Counted from the first letter of the stretch, positions 1 through 10,304 are shown. The stretch: DNA of 64,000 bases from an uncultured Alistipes sp. (GCA_938014215.1 CALLRW010000002.1:8904-72903), one strand, 5' to 3'. Numbers and translations are program-made. The notes: generated by a model not told the origin, from the sequence alone.

Positions 1-1518
1 ATCCCGCTGCGCGAGGCGCTCTACAACATCCACTTCCCGCAGTCGCAGGAGCTGCTCCGGCAGGCACAGTACCGGCTGAAGTTCGACGAACTGCTCGGCG
101 TGCAGCTCAACATCCAGCAGCGCCGCACGGCCCGCCTCTCGAAGAGCAACGGCTTCCTCTTCCCGAAGGTCGGCGGCGTCTTCAACACCTTCTACAACGA
201 AAAGCTCCCCTTCCCGCTGACCGGCGCCCAGAAGCGCGTGATCCGCGAAATCCGCCGCGACACCGTCTCGGGATTCCAGATGAACCGACTGCTGCAGGGC
301 GACGTCGGCAGCGGAAAGACCCTCGTGGCACTGATGTCGATGCTGCTGGCCGTCGACAACGGCTACCAGGCCTGCATGATGGCCCCCACGGAGATCCTCG
401 CCCGGCAGCACTTTGCAACCATCAGCAGGATGCTCGACGGACTGCCCGTCCGGGTGGCCATCCTCACCGGCGCCTCGAAAACCCGCGAACGCCGCGAAGC
501 CCTCGAGGGGATCGCCTCGGGCGAGGTCCATATCCTGATCGGCACCCACGCCCTGATCGAGGACCGCGTGCAGTTCGCGAACCTCGGCTTCGTGGTCATC
601 GACGAGCAGCACCGTTTCGGCGTCGAGCAGCGCGCCCGCCTCTGGACCAAGAACGCCCAGCCGCCCCATATCCTCGTGATGACCGCCACGCCGATCCCCC
701 GCACGCTGGCCATGACCCTCTACGGCGACCTCGACGTCTCGGTGATCGACGAGCTGCCCCCCGGACGCCGCCCGATCAAGACCTACCACTATACGGATGC
801 CGCACGGCTGAAACTCTTCGGATTCATGCGGCGCGAGATCGCCAAGGGGCGCCAGGTCTACGTCGTCTACCCGCTCATCAAGGAGTCCGAGGCGATGGAC
901 TACAAGGACCTCACGGACGGTTACGAGGCCATCTCACGCGACTTCCCGCTGCCGCAGTACGTCACGGCGATCTGCCACGGAAAGATGAAACCCGCCGACA
1001 AGGAGGAGTCGATGCGGCAGTTCAAGGAGGGCGAGGCGCAGATCCTCGTCGCCACGTCGGTCATCGAGGTGGGGGTCGATGTCCCGAACGCCACGGTCAT
1101 GGTCATCGAATCGGCCGAGCGCTTCGGCCTCTCGCAGCTGCACCAGCTGCGCGGACGCGTCGGGCGCGGCGGCGAACAGTCCTACTGCATCCTCATGTCG
1201 GGCGAAAAGCTCTCGCGCGAATCCCGGGCCCGGCTCGACGCCATGTGCGAGACGAACGACGGATTCCGCCTGGCGGAGCTCGACCTCAAGCTGCGCGGCG
1301 CCGGCGACATCAACGGCACGATGCAGAGCGGCATGGCCTTCGACCTGAAGATCGCCAGCCCGACGGCCGACGTGCAGATCCTCACCGTCTCGCGTGAAGC
1401 CGCCGCCGCGGTGCTCGCCGCCGACCCGACCCTCTCCGAGCCCCCCAACCGCGGCCTCGAAGCGCTGCGCCGCCGCTATTCGGGCCGCGAAGAGATCGAT
1501 TTCTCACGCATTTCGTAA
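1..1518 (+). CDS. recG: ATP-dependent DNA helicase RecG, C-terminal ~505 aa (5' end lies outside the window; the reading frame is open from position 1)
   Basis: Walker A motif GDVGSGKTLVA; helicase motifs VVIDEQHRFGV and TATPIPRT; C-terminal QLHQLRGRVGRG; frame continuous with the ORF starting at 100. Confidence 0.85.
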   Translation: MPLREALYNIHFPQSQELLRQAQYRLKFDELLGVQLNIQQRRTARLSKSNGFLFPKVGGVFNTFYNEKLPFPLTGAQKRVIREIRRDTVSGFQMNRLLQGDVGSGKTLVALMSMLLAVDNGYQACMMAPTEILARQHFATISRMLDGLPVRVAILTGASKTRERREALEGIASGEVHILIGTHALIEDRVQFANLGFVVIDEQHRFGVEQRARLWTKNAQPPHILVMTATPIPRTLAMTLYGDLDVSVIDELPPGRRPIKTYHYTDAARLKLFGFMRREIAKGRQVYVVYPLIKESEAMDYKDLTDGYEAISRDFPLPQYVTAICHGKMKPADKEESMRQFKEGEAQILVATSVIEVGVDVPNATVMVIESAERFGLSQLHQLRGRVGRGGEQSYCILMSGEKLSRESRARLDAMCETNDGFRLAELDLKLRGAGDINGTMQSGMAFDLKIASPTADVQILTVSREAAAAVLAADPTLSEPPNRGLEALRRRYSGREEIDFSRIS

Positions 1519-1562
1519 TATTCCGCACGACCGATACGTTATTCGTTAAACACCTGCTCACG

Positions 1563-2366
1563 ATGAAGATCAAACAACTGCTGTTCAGCATACTCCTGCT
1601 TGCGGCGGCATCGCCCCTCGCCGCACAGCTCTACCATCCGGGCGAAGCGCTCTACTACCGGGTGAGCTACAAGGCCAAGATGTTCCCCAACACGGAGGTC
1701 GGCAGCGTCGAGGTCTGCACCTACGACGACCGTTCGGAGGGCACGCCCCGCTACCGCGTCGAGGGAATCGGCCGCACGCTGCCCACCTACCGCTGGTTCT
1801 TCAACCTGGAGGATATCTACCGCGTGTGGATCGACCCGCAGGAGCTGCGCCCCGTCCGCTTCGAGAGCGACCTCCACGAGGGCGACTACACCTTCCAGAG
1901 CTACTACACCTACCTCTGGGCCGATTCGACGATCCACACCCGCTGGCGGAGCCGGCAGCGCCCCTTCCGCGAAAAACAGATGACCCTCACCCGCGAGAGC
2001 ATGGACCCCATCTCGCTCTTCTTCACCCTGCGGTCAGCCGAAGCCGAGGATTTCCGCGTCGGCGAGCCCGGCACGCTGCAGATGGTCCTGCAGGACACCA
2101 TCAAGCAGATCCACTACCGTTACCTGGGCCGCGAAACCAAGAAGATCCGAAACATGGGCCGATTCCGCACGCTGAAGTTCGAATGCCAGCTCGGCACCAC
2201 CGAGGGATATTCGTTCACCGACGGCACGATCTTCACCATCTGGATCTCGGACGACGACAACAAGATCCCGCTCTACATCGAATCTCCGGTCAAGATCGGC
2301 AGCATCCAGGCCTATATCTCCGGCTACAAGGGGCTGAAATACCCGCTCACAAGCCTCGTCAGGTAG
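1563..2366 (+). CDS. exported hypothetical protein (DUF3108-like)
   Basis: N-terminal signal peptide MKIKQLLFSILLLAAASPLAAQ; GC3-rich codon usage; architecture typical of Bacteroidales DUF3108 proteins. Confidence 0.55.
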   Translation: MKIKQLLFSILLLAAASPLAAQLYHPGEALYYRVSYKAKMFPNTEVGSVEVCTYDDRSEGTPRYRVEGIGRTLPTYRWFFNLEDIYRVWIDPQELRPVRFESDLHEGDYTFQSYYTYLWADSTIHTRWRSRQRPFREKQMTLTRESMDPISLFFTLRSAEAEDFRVGEPGTLQMVLQDTIKQIHYRYLGRETKKIRNMGRFRTLKFECQLGTTEGYSFTDGTIFTIWISDDDNKIPLYIESPVKIGSIQAYISGYKGLKYPLTSLVR

Positions 2367-2549
2367 ACAGAGATCCCCCGAATGCAGGGCTTTCGCAAAG
2401 TATGACGCGCGACGGCTTCCGGATTCGCATTTTTTGACTATCTTTGCCAAACCAGACAACATCCCGGTGTCGAACACCGCCACCCACCCCCGCAGCCCGG
2501 CTGCTGCCGGCCGGTCCGGCCCGTACGTCACCGCTAAAACCAACCTCCT

Positions 2550-3485
2550 ATGGAAAACAAACAGGGATACGATCCTTCGGAATTCGAAGACGACGACTTC
2601 TCGACGCCGCAGCCCGATGCCGGAAAGTCCATCCGCGGCTATCGCATCGTCATCATCATCCTCTCGGTCATCCTGGTGGCTATCTCGGCCCTCTACTTCG
2701 GCATCCACCGCCAGCAGATGCTCGACAACGAACTGCTGCGCGCCGACCGCGACTCGATCCAGAACGATCTGGGCCGGCTGATGGAGGATTACGACAACCT
2801 CCAGATCTCGAACGACTCGATCTCCCGCGGCCTCGATATCGAACGCGAACGCGCCGACTCGCTCATGACCCGCCTGAAGAAGGAGCGCTCGTGGAACCTG
2901 GCCAAAATCAAACAGTACGAGAAGGAGGTCGGCACGCTGCGTACCATCATGAAGGGCTACGTCCGCCAGATCGATTCGCTCAATACGCTCAACAAACAGC
3001 TCATCAAGGAGAACGTCGGCTACCGCAAGGAGATCTCCACGGCCCGTCTGCGCGCCGAAATGGCCGAAGAGAAGGCCGCCGAACTCGACAACAAGGTCAA
3101 GGTCGGAGCCGTACTCCGCGCCCGCGACATCCGTCTGACGGCCCTCAACGACCGCAGCAAACCCGTCTCGCGCGTGAAGAACGCCTCGCGTCTGCGCGTC
3201 GACTTCGTCCTCTCGGCCAACGAACTGGCTACGCCCGGAAACCGTGCCGTCTACGTGCGGATCACCTCGCCCGACGGCTATGTGCTCACCACCGAACAGA
3301 TGCCGACCTTCGAATTCGAGGGCGAACGGCTCAGCTATTCGGCCATGCGTGAGGTCGACTACCAGAATCAGGACCTCGAGGTGGGCATCTACTTCAACTC
3401 GACGGGATTCGCCGCCGGAACCTACATCGTGGAACTCTACAGCGAAGGTCGTCTGATCGGCTCCACGCAGATCGTCATGAAGTAG
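2550..3485 (+). CDS. membrane-anchored coiled-coil protein (hypothetical)
   Basis: Acidic N-terminus, a single TM segment IVIIILSVILVAISALYFGI, then a long heptad-rich region; ends 13 nt before the eptA-like gene. Confidence 0.55.
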   Translation: MENKQGYDPSEFEDDDFSTPQPDAGKSIRGYRIVIIILSVILVAISALYFGIHRQQMLDNELLRADRDSIQNDLGRLMEDYDNLQISNDSISRGLDIERERADSLMTRLKKERSWNLAKIKQYEKEVGTLRTIMKGYVRQIDSLNTLNKQLIKENVGYRKEISTARLRAEMAEEKAAELDNKVKVGAVLRARDIRLTALNDRSKPVSRVKNASRLRVDFVLSANELATPGNRAVYVRITSPDGYVLTTEQMPTFEFEGERLSYSAMREVDYQNQDLEVGIYFNSTGFAAGTYIVELYSEGRLIGSTQIVMK

Positions 3486-3498
3486 TTCCCCGCAAGGC

Positions 3499-5313
3499 AT
3501 GAAGCTGCGACACCTGTGCTGTCGGCCCGAAAAGGTCGGCAGCACTTTTTCTCGACTGCTGCGCCCGATCGGCGAGAATCCCGGATTCTTCCTCTTCGCG
3601 GCCCTCGTCCCCACACTCCCCGACATCCTCTACGCCGTCAGCCGCGAGATGACCTTCTTCGTCTGGCGGAATCTGATTCTGGCCCTGTTGCTCTCGTTCT
3701 TCCGTGCCTATGTCCTCTCGGCCCCGCTCCTGCTGCTCCGCCGGCAAAGAGCCTCGGGCGAGGAGTCGACCGTGCGCCGGATCCTCCGCAACCTTTACGT
3801 CTCGGCCCTGCTGCTCATCCTCGGCGCGGCCTCCTATGCCGAGAGTTTCCTCCAGCTCCGGTTCGGAACCCTCTGCTCGGCATCGGTCATCCAGGTCCTC
3901 TGGGAGACCGACAGGCAGGAGAGCACCGAATTCCTGAAGACCTACTGCGCCTCGACAACCTTCGTGCTGCTGACGCTCTTCTTCGTCCTGCTCATCGCCG
4001 GATACGTGATGCTGCGGCGCCATGCCCCTCGTTTCCACCTCCGCAGCCGCGTGCTGCGCTCGACACTGGGAGTGCTGCTGCTCATCGGGCTCGGCATCTC
4101 CGTCAGCCGGATCCAGATCTTCGGCAAAATGCTGCTCACACGACACGACGCCCCCGCCATCTCGGCCCCGAGCACCCCGATCTCCACCTTCGAACGCATC
4201 CACACGGCCCTGGCGGCGAACAACTTCTCGCCCGAACGGGCCCAGCGGCTGCTGCAGATGCTCGAATCGGCCCGCGTGGAGAGCTGCTCGTTCCGTTCGC
4301 CGACGATCGTCGTGATCATCGGCGAGTCGTTCAACAAGCACCACTCGAGCCTCTACGGCTACGGAATGCCGACCAATCCGCGGCTCGCCGAACGGCTCGA
4401 ACGCGGCGAACTCTACCGGCTGAACGATGTCGTCTCACCCGCCAACCTCACCACCTCGGTCCTCAACCAGATCTTCTCGCCGGCCAGTCTCGACGCCGGG
4501 CAGCGCTGGGACGAGGCGCCGCTCTTCCCGGCCCTCTTTCTGAAGGCCGGCTACGAGACCTTCCATCTGGACAACCAGGCCGCCGGTACGGTGACCAATT
4601 TCCACGACCTCGGGCTGAAGAACCTCTTCAACGCCCGCAGCAACAGCCTCCTCTTCACGGGGGTCAATCCGCGGCGCTATCCGCTCGACATGGAGCTGAT
4701 CGGGGAGTATGACCGGATCGTTCCGACGGGCGTGAAGGCCGAGCTGACCCTCTTCCACCTGATGGGGCAGCACGTCCACTACAACAACCGCTTCCCGCCC
4801 GAAGAGGCCTTCTTCACCCCCGAATCCTACGACCGCCCCGATCTGAACAGCCGCCAGAAGCAGATCCTGGCCGACTACGACAACGCCACGCGTTACAACG
4901 ACCGGGTGGTCGACGCCATGATGGAGCGCTTCGCCGACCGCGAAGCCATCGTGATCTACCTCCCGGACCACGGCGAGGAGATGTTCGACTACCGCGACCA
5001 GTTCGGCCGCACCTACACGCCGCTTACGGCCGGCATCTGCCGCTATCAGTTCGAGATCCCGTTCCTGATCTGGATGTCGGACTCCTACCGCGAACGGCAC
5101 CCCGATGTCGTGGCTCAGGTCGTCCGGGCCGCCGACCGGCGCTTCTCGTCGGACGATCTGCCCCATCTGCTGTTCGATCTGGCCGGGATCCGCTGTCCGT
5201 GGTTCGACCCCACGCGGAGCCCCCTCAACGACCGTTTCGACAACACCCGGCCACGGCCCCTGCTGCTCGGATACGAACCCGCCGGCGACTACGACACGCT
5301 GATCCGCGAATAG
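3499..5313 (+). CDS. phosphoethanolamine transferase (EptA/sulfatase-family, lipid A/LPS modification)
   Basis: N-terminal multi-TM region followed by a sulfatase/alkaline-phosphatase-fold signature TIVVIIGESFNKHHSSLYGYGMPTNPRL; length ~600 aa. Confidence 0.75.
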   Translation: MKLRHLCCRPEKVGSTFSRLLRPIGENPGFFLFAALVPTLPDILYAVSREMTFFVWRNLILALLLSFFRAYVLSAPLLLLRRQRASGEESTVRRILRNLYVSALLLILGAASYAESFLQLRFGTLCSASVIQVLWETDRQESTEFLKTYCASTTFVLLTLFFVLLIAGYVMLRRHAPRFHLRSRVLRSTLGVLLLIGLGISVSRIQIFGKMLLTRHDAPAISAPSTPISTFERIHTALAANNFSPERAQRLLQMLESARVESCSFRSPTIVVIIGESFNKHHSSLYGYGMPTNPRLAERLERGELYRLNDVVSPANLTTSVLNQIFSPASLDAGQRWDEAPLFPALFLKAGYETFHLDNQAAGTVTNFHDLGLKNLFNARSNSLLFTGVNPRRYPLDMELIGEYDRIVPTGVKAELTLFHLMGQHVHYNNRFPPEEAFFTPESYDRPDLNSRQKQILADYDNATRYNDRVVDAMMERFADREAIVIYLPDHGEEMFDYRDQFGRTYTPLTAGICRYQFEIPFLIWMSDSYRERHPDVVAQVVRAADRRFSSDDLPHLLFDLAGIRCPWFDPTRSPLNDRFDNTRPRPLLLGYEPAGDYDTLIRE

Positions 5314-5346
5314 CCGCCCGCACAGCGGAGAGACCCCGACAAGAAA

Positions 5347-5381
5347 GGCCCCTGCAACCCGAACGTTGCAGGGGCCTTTTC
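5347..5381. terminator. bidirectional rho-independent terminator between convergent genes
   Basis: GGCCCCTGCAAC-ccgaa-CGTTGCAGGGGCC hairpin followed by TTTTC, with an A-run upstream for the opposite strand. Confidence 0.6.
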
Positions 5382-5413
5382 ATGAGCAGGGCGGGGCGGA
5401 CCCGCATCCGGAA

Positions 5414-6487
5414 TCAACGGATGCCGCACCGGTGCAGCACCTCCAGCAACTCGGGCTGGAGATTCTGCGCCCAGCGCCAGTAACCCAGATCCGACGGATG
5501 GGTGCCGTCGGCCGACGTGACGTGGTCGTTGCCCGTGAGGTTCTTCAGGTCGAGGAAGTAGACGTTGTCGAAGCGCTTCATCGCCTCGGCCATCATCTCG
5601 CGGGCCGCCTCACGCTTGGCCTCCTCGCGCCGACGCACCCCCAGGTTGAAGTTGCCGCTCTCGCGGTAGATCGTCTGCACGAAGATCAGCGGCGTCTCGG
5701 GCAGCTTCTCGCGGATGCGGGCGATGAAGGGGATCAGCCGCTCGCGGATCATCTTCGCATCGGGATTCGAGAAGCTGTCGAAAACCATCGCATCGGCATC
5801 CGTCACATCCCGCAGGTAGTCGGCAAAATAGGGCTGGAGCTTGCTGTTGCCGCTGCAGGCGATGCTGCAGAAGTAGAGCCCCGTGTTGCGCTCGATCTGC
5901 ATCGGGTAGCTCATCCCCGGCCGGCTCGTCGAGACGCCGTGGGTGTAGCTCGAGCCGAAGATCACGATCTTGTGGCGGAAGGGATTCTCCATCGGCTCGA
6001 TCGCGGCCCCCTCGTCCACACCAATCTCCAGCGAGAGCAGCTCGCTGTAGTTGGGCAGGTAGAGCAGGCACTCCTTCTCCGTGGAGTCCATCTCCTTGAT
6101 CAGCGTGAAGGTCTGGCCGCGTTTGCCTGCAGCCTGCGAGGCGGCATAGAGCCACTCGCCGTTGTGGCGGATATAGAGGTCGAAACCCTCCGAGGCAACC
6201 CGCGGCGTACTGGTCCCGCGGTAGACAAACGACGTGTAGAGGGGTTTGATGTCAATACGCGTGGAGTTGGTCCGGAAGACCAGCGCCAGCCCCGCCGAAC
6301 AGCGGACCTGCTGGTTCTCCGAACGCGTGAAGCCCTTGTAGCGGGTCGTATCGATACGGTGGTAGGGGTGTGAGGTCGGCAGCGCCTTGCCGATCAGCGT
6401 GAGTTGCGTGGCGTCGACAAAGCGCACCTGCGCCGCAGCCACAACGACCGTCAGCAGTGCGGCGGTCAACAAAATCAGTCGTTTCAT
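5414..6487 (-). CDS. SGNH/GDSL-family hydrolase, exported (esterase or acetylesterase-like)
   Basis: Signal peptide MKRLILLTAALLTVVVAAAQ; C-terminal SGNH-fold blocks (IVIFGSSYTHG ... DGTHPSDLGY). Confidence 0.7.
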   Translation of the reverse strand: MKRLILLTAALLTVVVAAAQVRFVDATQLTLIGKALPTSHPYHRIDTTRYKGFTRSENQQVRCSAGLALVFRTNSTRIDIKPLYTSFVYRGTSTPRVASEGFDLYIRHNGEWLYAASQAAGKRGQTFTLIKEMDSTEKECLLYLPNYSELLSLEIGVDEGAAIEPMENPFRHKIVIFGSSYTHGVSTSRPGMSYPMQIERNTGLYFCSIACSGNSKLQPYFADYLRDVTDADAMVFDSFSNPDAKMIRERLIPFIARIREKLPETPLIFVQTIYRESGNFNLGVRRREEAKREAAREMMAEAMKRFDNVYFLDLKNLTGNDHVTSADGTHPSDLGYWRWAQNLQPELLEVLHRCGIR

Positions 6488-6516
6488 TTGGTTATCTGTA
6501 AGTTTGAGGTTCGTTT

Positions 6517-6546
6517 AAAAACGAGCGGAGCCCGAAGGCTCCGCCC
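6517..6546 (-). terminator. rho-independent terminator for the ROK kinase gene (minus strand)
   Basis: GGCGGAGCC-ttcg-GGCTCCGCC hairpin followed by a T-run on the minus strand. Confidence 0.5.
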
Positions 6547-6569
6547 GTCATGCTTGCCGGTTGGATCGG

Positions 6570-7580
6570 CTATTTCTGGTGCTCGAGTTCCTGCCAGATC
6601 AGGGCCGAGGAGCCGAGGATGGCGGCATTCTTGCCCTGGATGCCGCTCGGCAGCAGTTTCACCTTGTTCTTGAAGACGAAGAGCATGTTCTCCTCCATGT
6701 ACCACTGCGTCGGCTCGAAGAGCAGCTTGCCCGCCTTCGACAGTCCGCCGAAGAGGAAGATCGCCTCGGGCGAGGTGACCGTCACGATGTCGGCCAGCGC
6801 CCGTCCCAGCATCTCGCCCGTGAAGCGGAAGGCCTCCTTGGCGATGGGGTCGCCCTGCTCGGCGGCGGCCGAGATCATCGAGGCGTCGAAATCGTCGAAG
6901 GCAATGCTGCGCAGCTTGCTCGGGACGTTCATCTTGGCCATCAGCTCGAAGGCCGTACGCTTGATACCCGTTGCCGAGACATAGGCCTCCAGGCAGCCCC
7001 GACGCCCGCATCCGCACTCGCGGCCGTTGCGCTCGACAATGACATGGCCGAACTCGCCGGCAAATCCGTCATGGCCGTAGATCATCTCGCCGTTGGCCAC
7101 AAAGCCCGAACCGAGACCCGTACCGAGCGTGATCATGATGAAGTCCTTCATCCCCTTGGCATTGCCGTAGATCATCTCGCCGATGGTGGCGGCATTGGCG
7201 TCGTTGGTCACCACGGTCTTCGCCCCGTTGAAGTGGCGCGAGATGTCCTCGGCCAGCGGGAAGATCCGGCGCGATTCGTCGAGATTGGTCTCCCCTTCGC
7301 GGAACTTCCACAGGTTGGCGGGCATCTCGATCGTCCCCTTGTGGAAGTTGGCGTTCGGAGCACCGATGCCGATTCCGGCCAGCTCGTACTCGAACGAGAG
7401 GCTCTGGGCCAGGGCCTGCAGCGAGTCGCAAAGCTCCTCGACATAGGCCGGATAGTCGTCGACATAGGGGTATTTCTTGGTCGAAATGACCGATTCGGCA
7501 TAGAGATCGCCATTTTCGTCTACCAGGCCGAAGGCGGTGTTGATACCACCGATATCGACACCGATCGCAAGTTTTTTCAT
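6570..7580 (-). CDS. ROK-family sugar kinase (glucokinase/N-acetylglucosamine kinase-like)
   Basis: N-terminal ATP-binding GVDIGGINTAFGLVD; ROK zinc motif CGCGRRGCLEAY. Confidence 0.85.
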   Translation of the reverse strand: MKKLAIGVDIGGINTAFGLVDENGDLYAESVISTKKYPYVDDYPAYVEELCDSLQALAQSLSFEYELAGIGIGAPNANFHKGTIEMPANLWKFREGETNLDESRRIFPLAEDISRHFNGAKTVVTNDANAATIGEMIYGNAKGMKDFIMITLGTGLGSGFVANGEMIYGHDGFAGEFGHVIVERNGRECGCGRRGCLEAYVSATGIKRTAFELMAKMNVPSKLRSIAFDDFDASMISAAAEQGDPIAKEAFRFTGEMLGRALADIVTVTSPEAIFLFGGLSKAGKLLFEPTQWYMEENMLFVFKNKVKLLPSGIQGKNAAILGSSALIWQELEHQK

Positions 7581-7655
7581 AGCTGTATTTCAGATTAAAG
7601 TTGATTTCGTATACTCAAAGTTACACGAAAATTCGGCCACTCCAAAGTTTTTTCG

Positions 7656-7663
7656 TATTTTTG
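7656..7663 (+). promoter_or_regulatory. Bacteroidetes-type -7 promoter element (TATTTTTG) for the polyprenyl synthase gene
   Basis: Matches the TAnnTTTG consensus 34 nt upstream of the ATG at 7698. Confidence 0.4.
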
Positions 7664-7697
7664 GGTCTGTTTTGATCCGAAAAAAACTTCCCGAGCC

Positions 7698-8669
7698 ATG
7701 CAAAATAACGAGCAACTGCTGCAAACCATCGAAAATTACCTGGCCCAGACCGAATTCCCGGCCGAGCCCGAACTCCTTTATGCGCCAATCGGATACTCGC
7801 TGGCCGGAGGAGGAAAACGCCTCCGCCCGATGCTGCTGATGCTCGCCTGCGGCATCTTCACCGACGACATCCAGCACGCGCTGCCCGCCGCCGCGGCCGT
7901 CGAGGTCTTCCACAACTTCACGCTCCTGCACGACGACATCATGGACAACGCCGCCGTCCGCCGCGGAAAACCCTCGGTCTATGCCAAATGGGGACAGAAT
8001 GTCGCCATCCTCTCGGGTGACGCCATGCTCATCTGCGCCTACCGCCTGCTGAGCGCCATCCCGTCCCAGACCCTGCCGCAGGTCCTCACGATCTTCAACG
8101 CCATGGCTCTCGAGGTGTGCGAAGGGCAACAGTACGACATGGATTTCGAACACAAGCCCAAGGTCTCGGTCGTCGAATACATGCACATGATCGAACTGAA
8201 GACCTCGGTGCTGCTGGCCGGTGCCGTCGCCATCGGTGCCACGCTCGGCGGCGCCTCCGAGGAGGACTGCCGCAAACTGCGCCGCTTCGCCATCGAACTC
8301 GGACTGGCCTTCCAGCTGCAGGACGACCTGCTCGACAGCTACGGGGACGAACGTCTCGGAAAGGCCATCGGCGGCGATATCCTCGAGGGGAAGAAGACCT
8401 ATCTGATGATCACGGCCATGAGCCATGCCGACGAACCCACGCGCGAAATCCTCCGCAAAACCTACCGCAATCCGGAACTCTCCGACCAGGAGAAGATCTC
8501 GATCGTGAAGGAGATCTACGACCGGCTCGACATTCCGCGTCTGACCGAACAGCAGATCTCGCTGCGGTTCGAACGGGCGCTGGCCCAACTCGATACCCTC
8601 ACGGCCAATCCCGAACGGACCCGCCAGATGCGGGACTTCGCCGCCGGACTGATGGGCCGCAAACACTGA
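7698..8669 (+). CDS. polyprenyl diphosphate synthase (IspA/GGPP synthase family)
   Basis: First aspartate-rich motif LLHDDIMDNAAVRRGKPS; second DD-motif region FQLQDDLLD. Confidence 0.85.
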   Translation: MQNNEQLLQTIENYLAQTEFPAEPELLYAPIGYSLAGGGKRLRPMLLMLACGIFTDDIQHALPAAAAVEVFHNFTLLHDDIMDNAAVRRGKPSVYAKWGQNVAILSGDAMLICAYRLLSAIPSQTLPQVLTIFNAMALEVCEGQQYDMDFEHKPKVSVVEYMHMIELKTSVLLAGAVAIGATLGGASEEDCRKLRRFAIELGLAFQLQDDLLDSYGDERLGKAIGGDILEGKKTYLMITAMSHADEPTREILRKTYRNPELSDQEKISIVKEIYDRLDIPRLTEQQISLRFERALAQLDTLTANPERTRQMRDFAAGLMGRKH

Positions 8670-8679
8670 CAACCCGGAA

Positions 8680-9924
8680 ATGAAACGATCCGACATAGAG
8701 ATCATGGCCCCGGTGGGGTCCTACGAATCGCTGGCCGCTGCCATTCAGGCCGGCGCCGACGCCATCTACTTCGGCGTCGGGAAACTCAACATGCGCTCGG
8801 CTTCGGCCGCCAACTTCACGCTCGACGACCTCGAACGGATCGTCGGTCTGGCCCGCAAGGCCGGCGTCAAGAGCTATCTGACGGTCAATACCGTAGTCTA
8901 CGAGGATGAGATCGACGACCTGCACGCCGTCATCGACCGCGCCCGGAAGGCCGGCGTCGACGCCATCATCGCTTCGGACATGGCCGCCATCCTCTACGCC
9001 CGCCAGATCGGACAGGAGGTGCACATCTCGACCCAGTGCAACATCTCGAATTCGGAGGCCGTGCGCTTCTACGCCCAGTGGGCCGACACGGTGGTGCTGG
9101 CCCGCGAGCTGACCCTCGAACAGGTGGCCGAGATCCATCGCCGCATCGAGGCGGAGCAGATCCGCGGCCCGCGCGGCGAACTGGTCGAGATCGAGATGTT
9201 CGCCCACGGCGCCCTCTGCATGTCGGTATCGGGACGCTGCTACCTCTCGCTCTACGAGACCGGATGCTCGGCCAACCGCGGCGCCTGCCGCCAGCTGTGC
9301 CGCCGCAAATACACCGTCACCGACAAGGAGACCGGCGCCCAGCTCGATATCGACGGACGGTATGTCCTCTCGCCGAAGGACCTCTGCACGATCGATTTCC
9401 TCGACAAGATGATCGCCGCGGGGGTGCGCGTGCTGAAGATCGAGGGGCGTGCCCGCGGGGCGGAGTATGTCAAGCGCGTGGTGGGCTGTTACGACGAGGC
9501 GCTCCGGGCCCTGGAGGCCGGCAGCTACACCCCGGAGTTCGCCGCAGGACTCAAGGAGCGTCTGCGCGAGGTCTTCAACCGCGGATTCTGGGAGGGTTAC
9601 TACGCCGGACGCCCCGTGGCGGAGCACAGTACCGCCTACGGTTCGTCGGCCACCAAGCGCAAGGTCTATGTCGGCAAGGTGGTGAACTTCTACAAGAAAC
9701 TCTCGGTGGCCGAGGTGGCCGTCGAGGCCTCGACCCTCGAGGTCGGGGAGGAGATCTTCTTCCTCGGTGCCACAACCGGTGTGGCCGAACAGCCCCTCAC
9801 CGAACTCCATGGTCCCGACGGAAAGCCCTGTGAAAAGGTGGTTCAGGGCGAACTCTGCGCCATCCATACCCCGGGTGTGATCCGCCGCGGCGACCAGCTC
9901 TACAAGTTCGTCGACGCCGAATAG
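8680..9924 (+). CDS. peptidase U32 family protein (collagenase-like / YhbU-like)
   Basis: U32 signature region EMFAHGALCMSVSGRCYLS ... CRQLCRRKY; typical ~410 aa length. Confidence 0.8.
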   Translation: MKRSDIEIMAPVGSYESLAAAIQAGADAIYFGVGKLNMRSASAANFTLDDLERIVGLARKAGVKSYLTVNTVVYEDEIDDLHAVIDRARKAGVDAIIASDMAAILYARQIGQEVHISTQCNISNSEAVRFYAQWADTVVLARELTLEQVAEIHRRIEAEQIRGPRGELVEIEMFAHGALCMSVSGRCYLSLYETGCSANRGACRQLCRRKYTVTDKETGAQLDIDGRYVLSPKDLCTIDFLDKMIAAGVRVLKIEGRARGAEYVKRVVGCYDEALRALEAGSYTPEFAAGLKERLREVFNRGFWEGYYAGRPVAEHSTAYGSSATKRKVYVGKVVNFYKKLSVAEVAVEASTLEVGEEIFFLGATTGVAEQPLTELHGPDGKPCEKVVQGELCAIHTPGVIRRGDQLYKFVDAE

Positions 9925-9988
9925 AATAGAAGGGGAGGGGGCGGAGTGAGGGTCGCCTCGAAAGACCGGCGATCAGGCTCGGGCGAAC

Positions 9989-10140
9989 GAGCCGGCACAG
10001 ACGGGGCCGGATGAACAGGACCAGGAAGGACGGGGCCGGATGAACAAGACCAGGAAGGACTGAGCCGGATGAACAGGACCAGGAAGACAGAGCCGGATGA
10101 ATAGGACCAGGAAGACAGAGCCGGATGAACAGGGCTGTCA
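9989..10140. repeat. non-coding tandem repeat, about 5 copies of a 28-29-bp unit (consensus GCCGGATGAACAGGACCAGGAAGGACNGR)
   Basis: Copies start at about 10006, 10035, 10064, 10093 and 10120; the period is not a multiple of 3 and the array sits between convergent or adjacent genes. Confidence 0.7.
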
Positions 10141-10215
10141 CGGAACAGAGAAAAATTCCCGCCCCGAAAAGTCCGGCCAGAAGAAACGTTTGCAGGGCAG
10201 GAGCTATCGCCCCAT

Positions 10216-10274
10216 AGATTTATCGAAAAACAATAAATTTAATTTGTTTTTCGATAAATCTATTTTTATATTTG
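10216..10274 (+). promoter_or_regulatory. 18-bp perfect inverted repeat overlapping a Bacteroidetes-type promoter (-33 TTTG at 10243-10246, -7 TATATTTG at 10267-10274)
   Basis: Left arm AGATTTATCGAAAAACAA (10216-10233), 10-nt spacer, right arm TTGTTTTTCGATAAATCT (10244-10261); AT-rich island in GC-rich DNA; the 20-nt -33/-7 spacing fits the Bacteroides consensus. Confidence 0.5.
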
Positions 10275-10304
10275 CGGTACGACAACCCCCAAACACGTCT
10301 CCTT

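Noticed and set aside
9989-10140. Tandem repeat arrays (9989-10140 and 60371-60540) considered as CRISPR arrays
   Set aside because: The repeats are directly adjacent with no unique spacers. The units are degenerate and are neither palindromic nor of CRISPR-typical length. No cas genes are present in the window.
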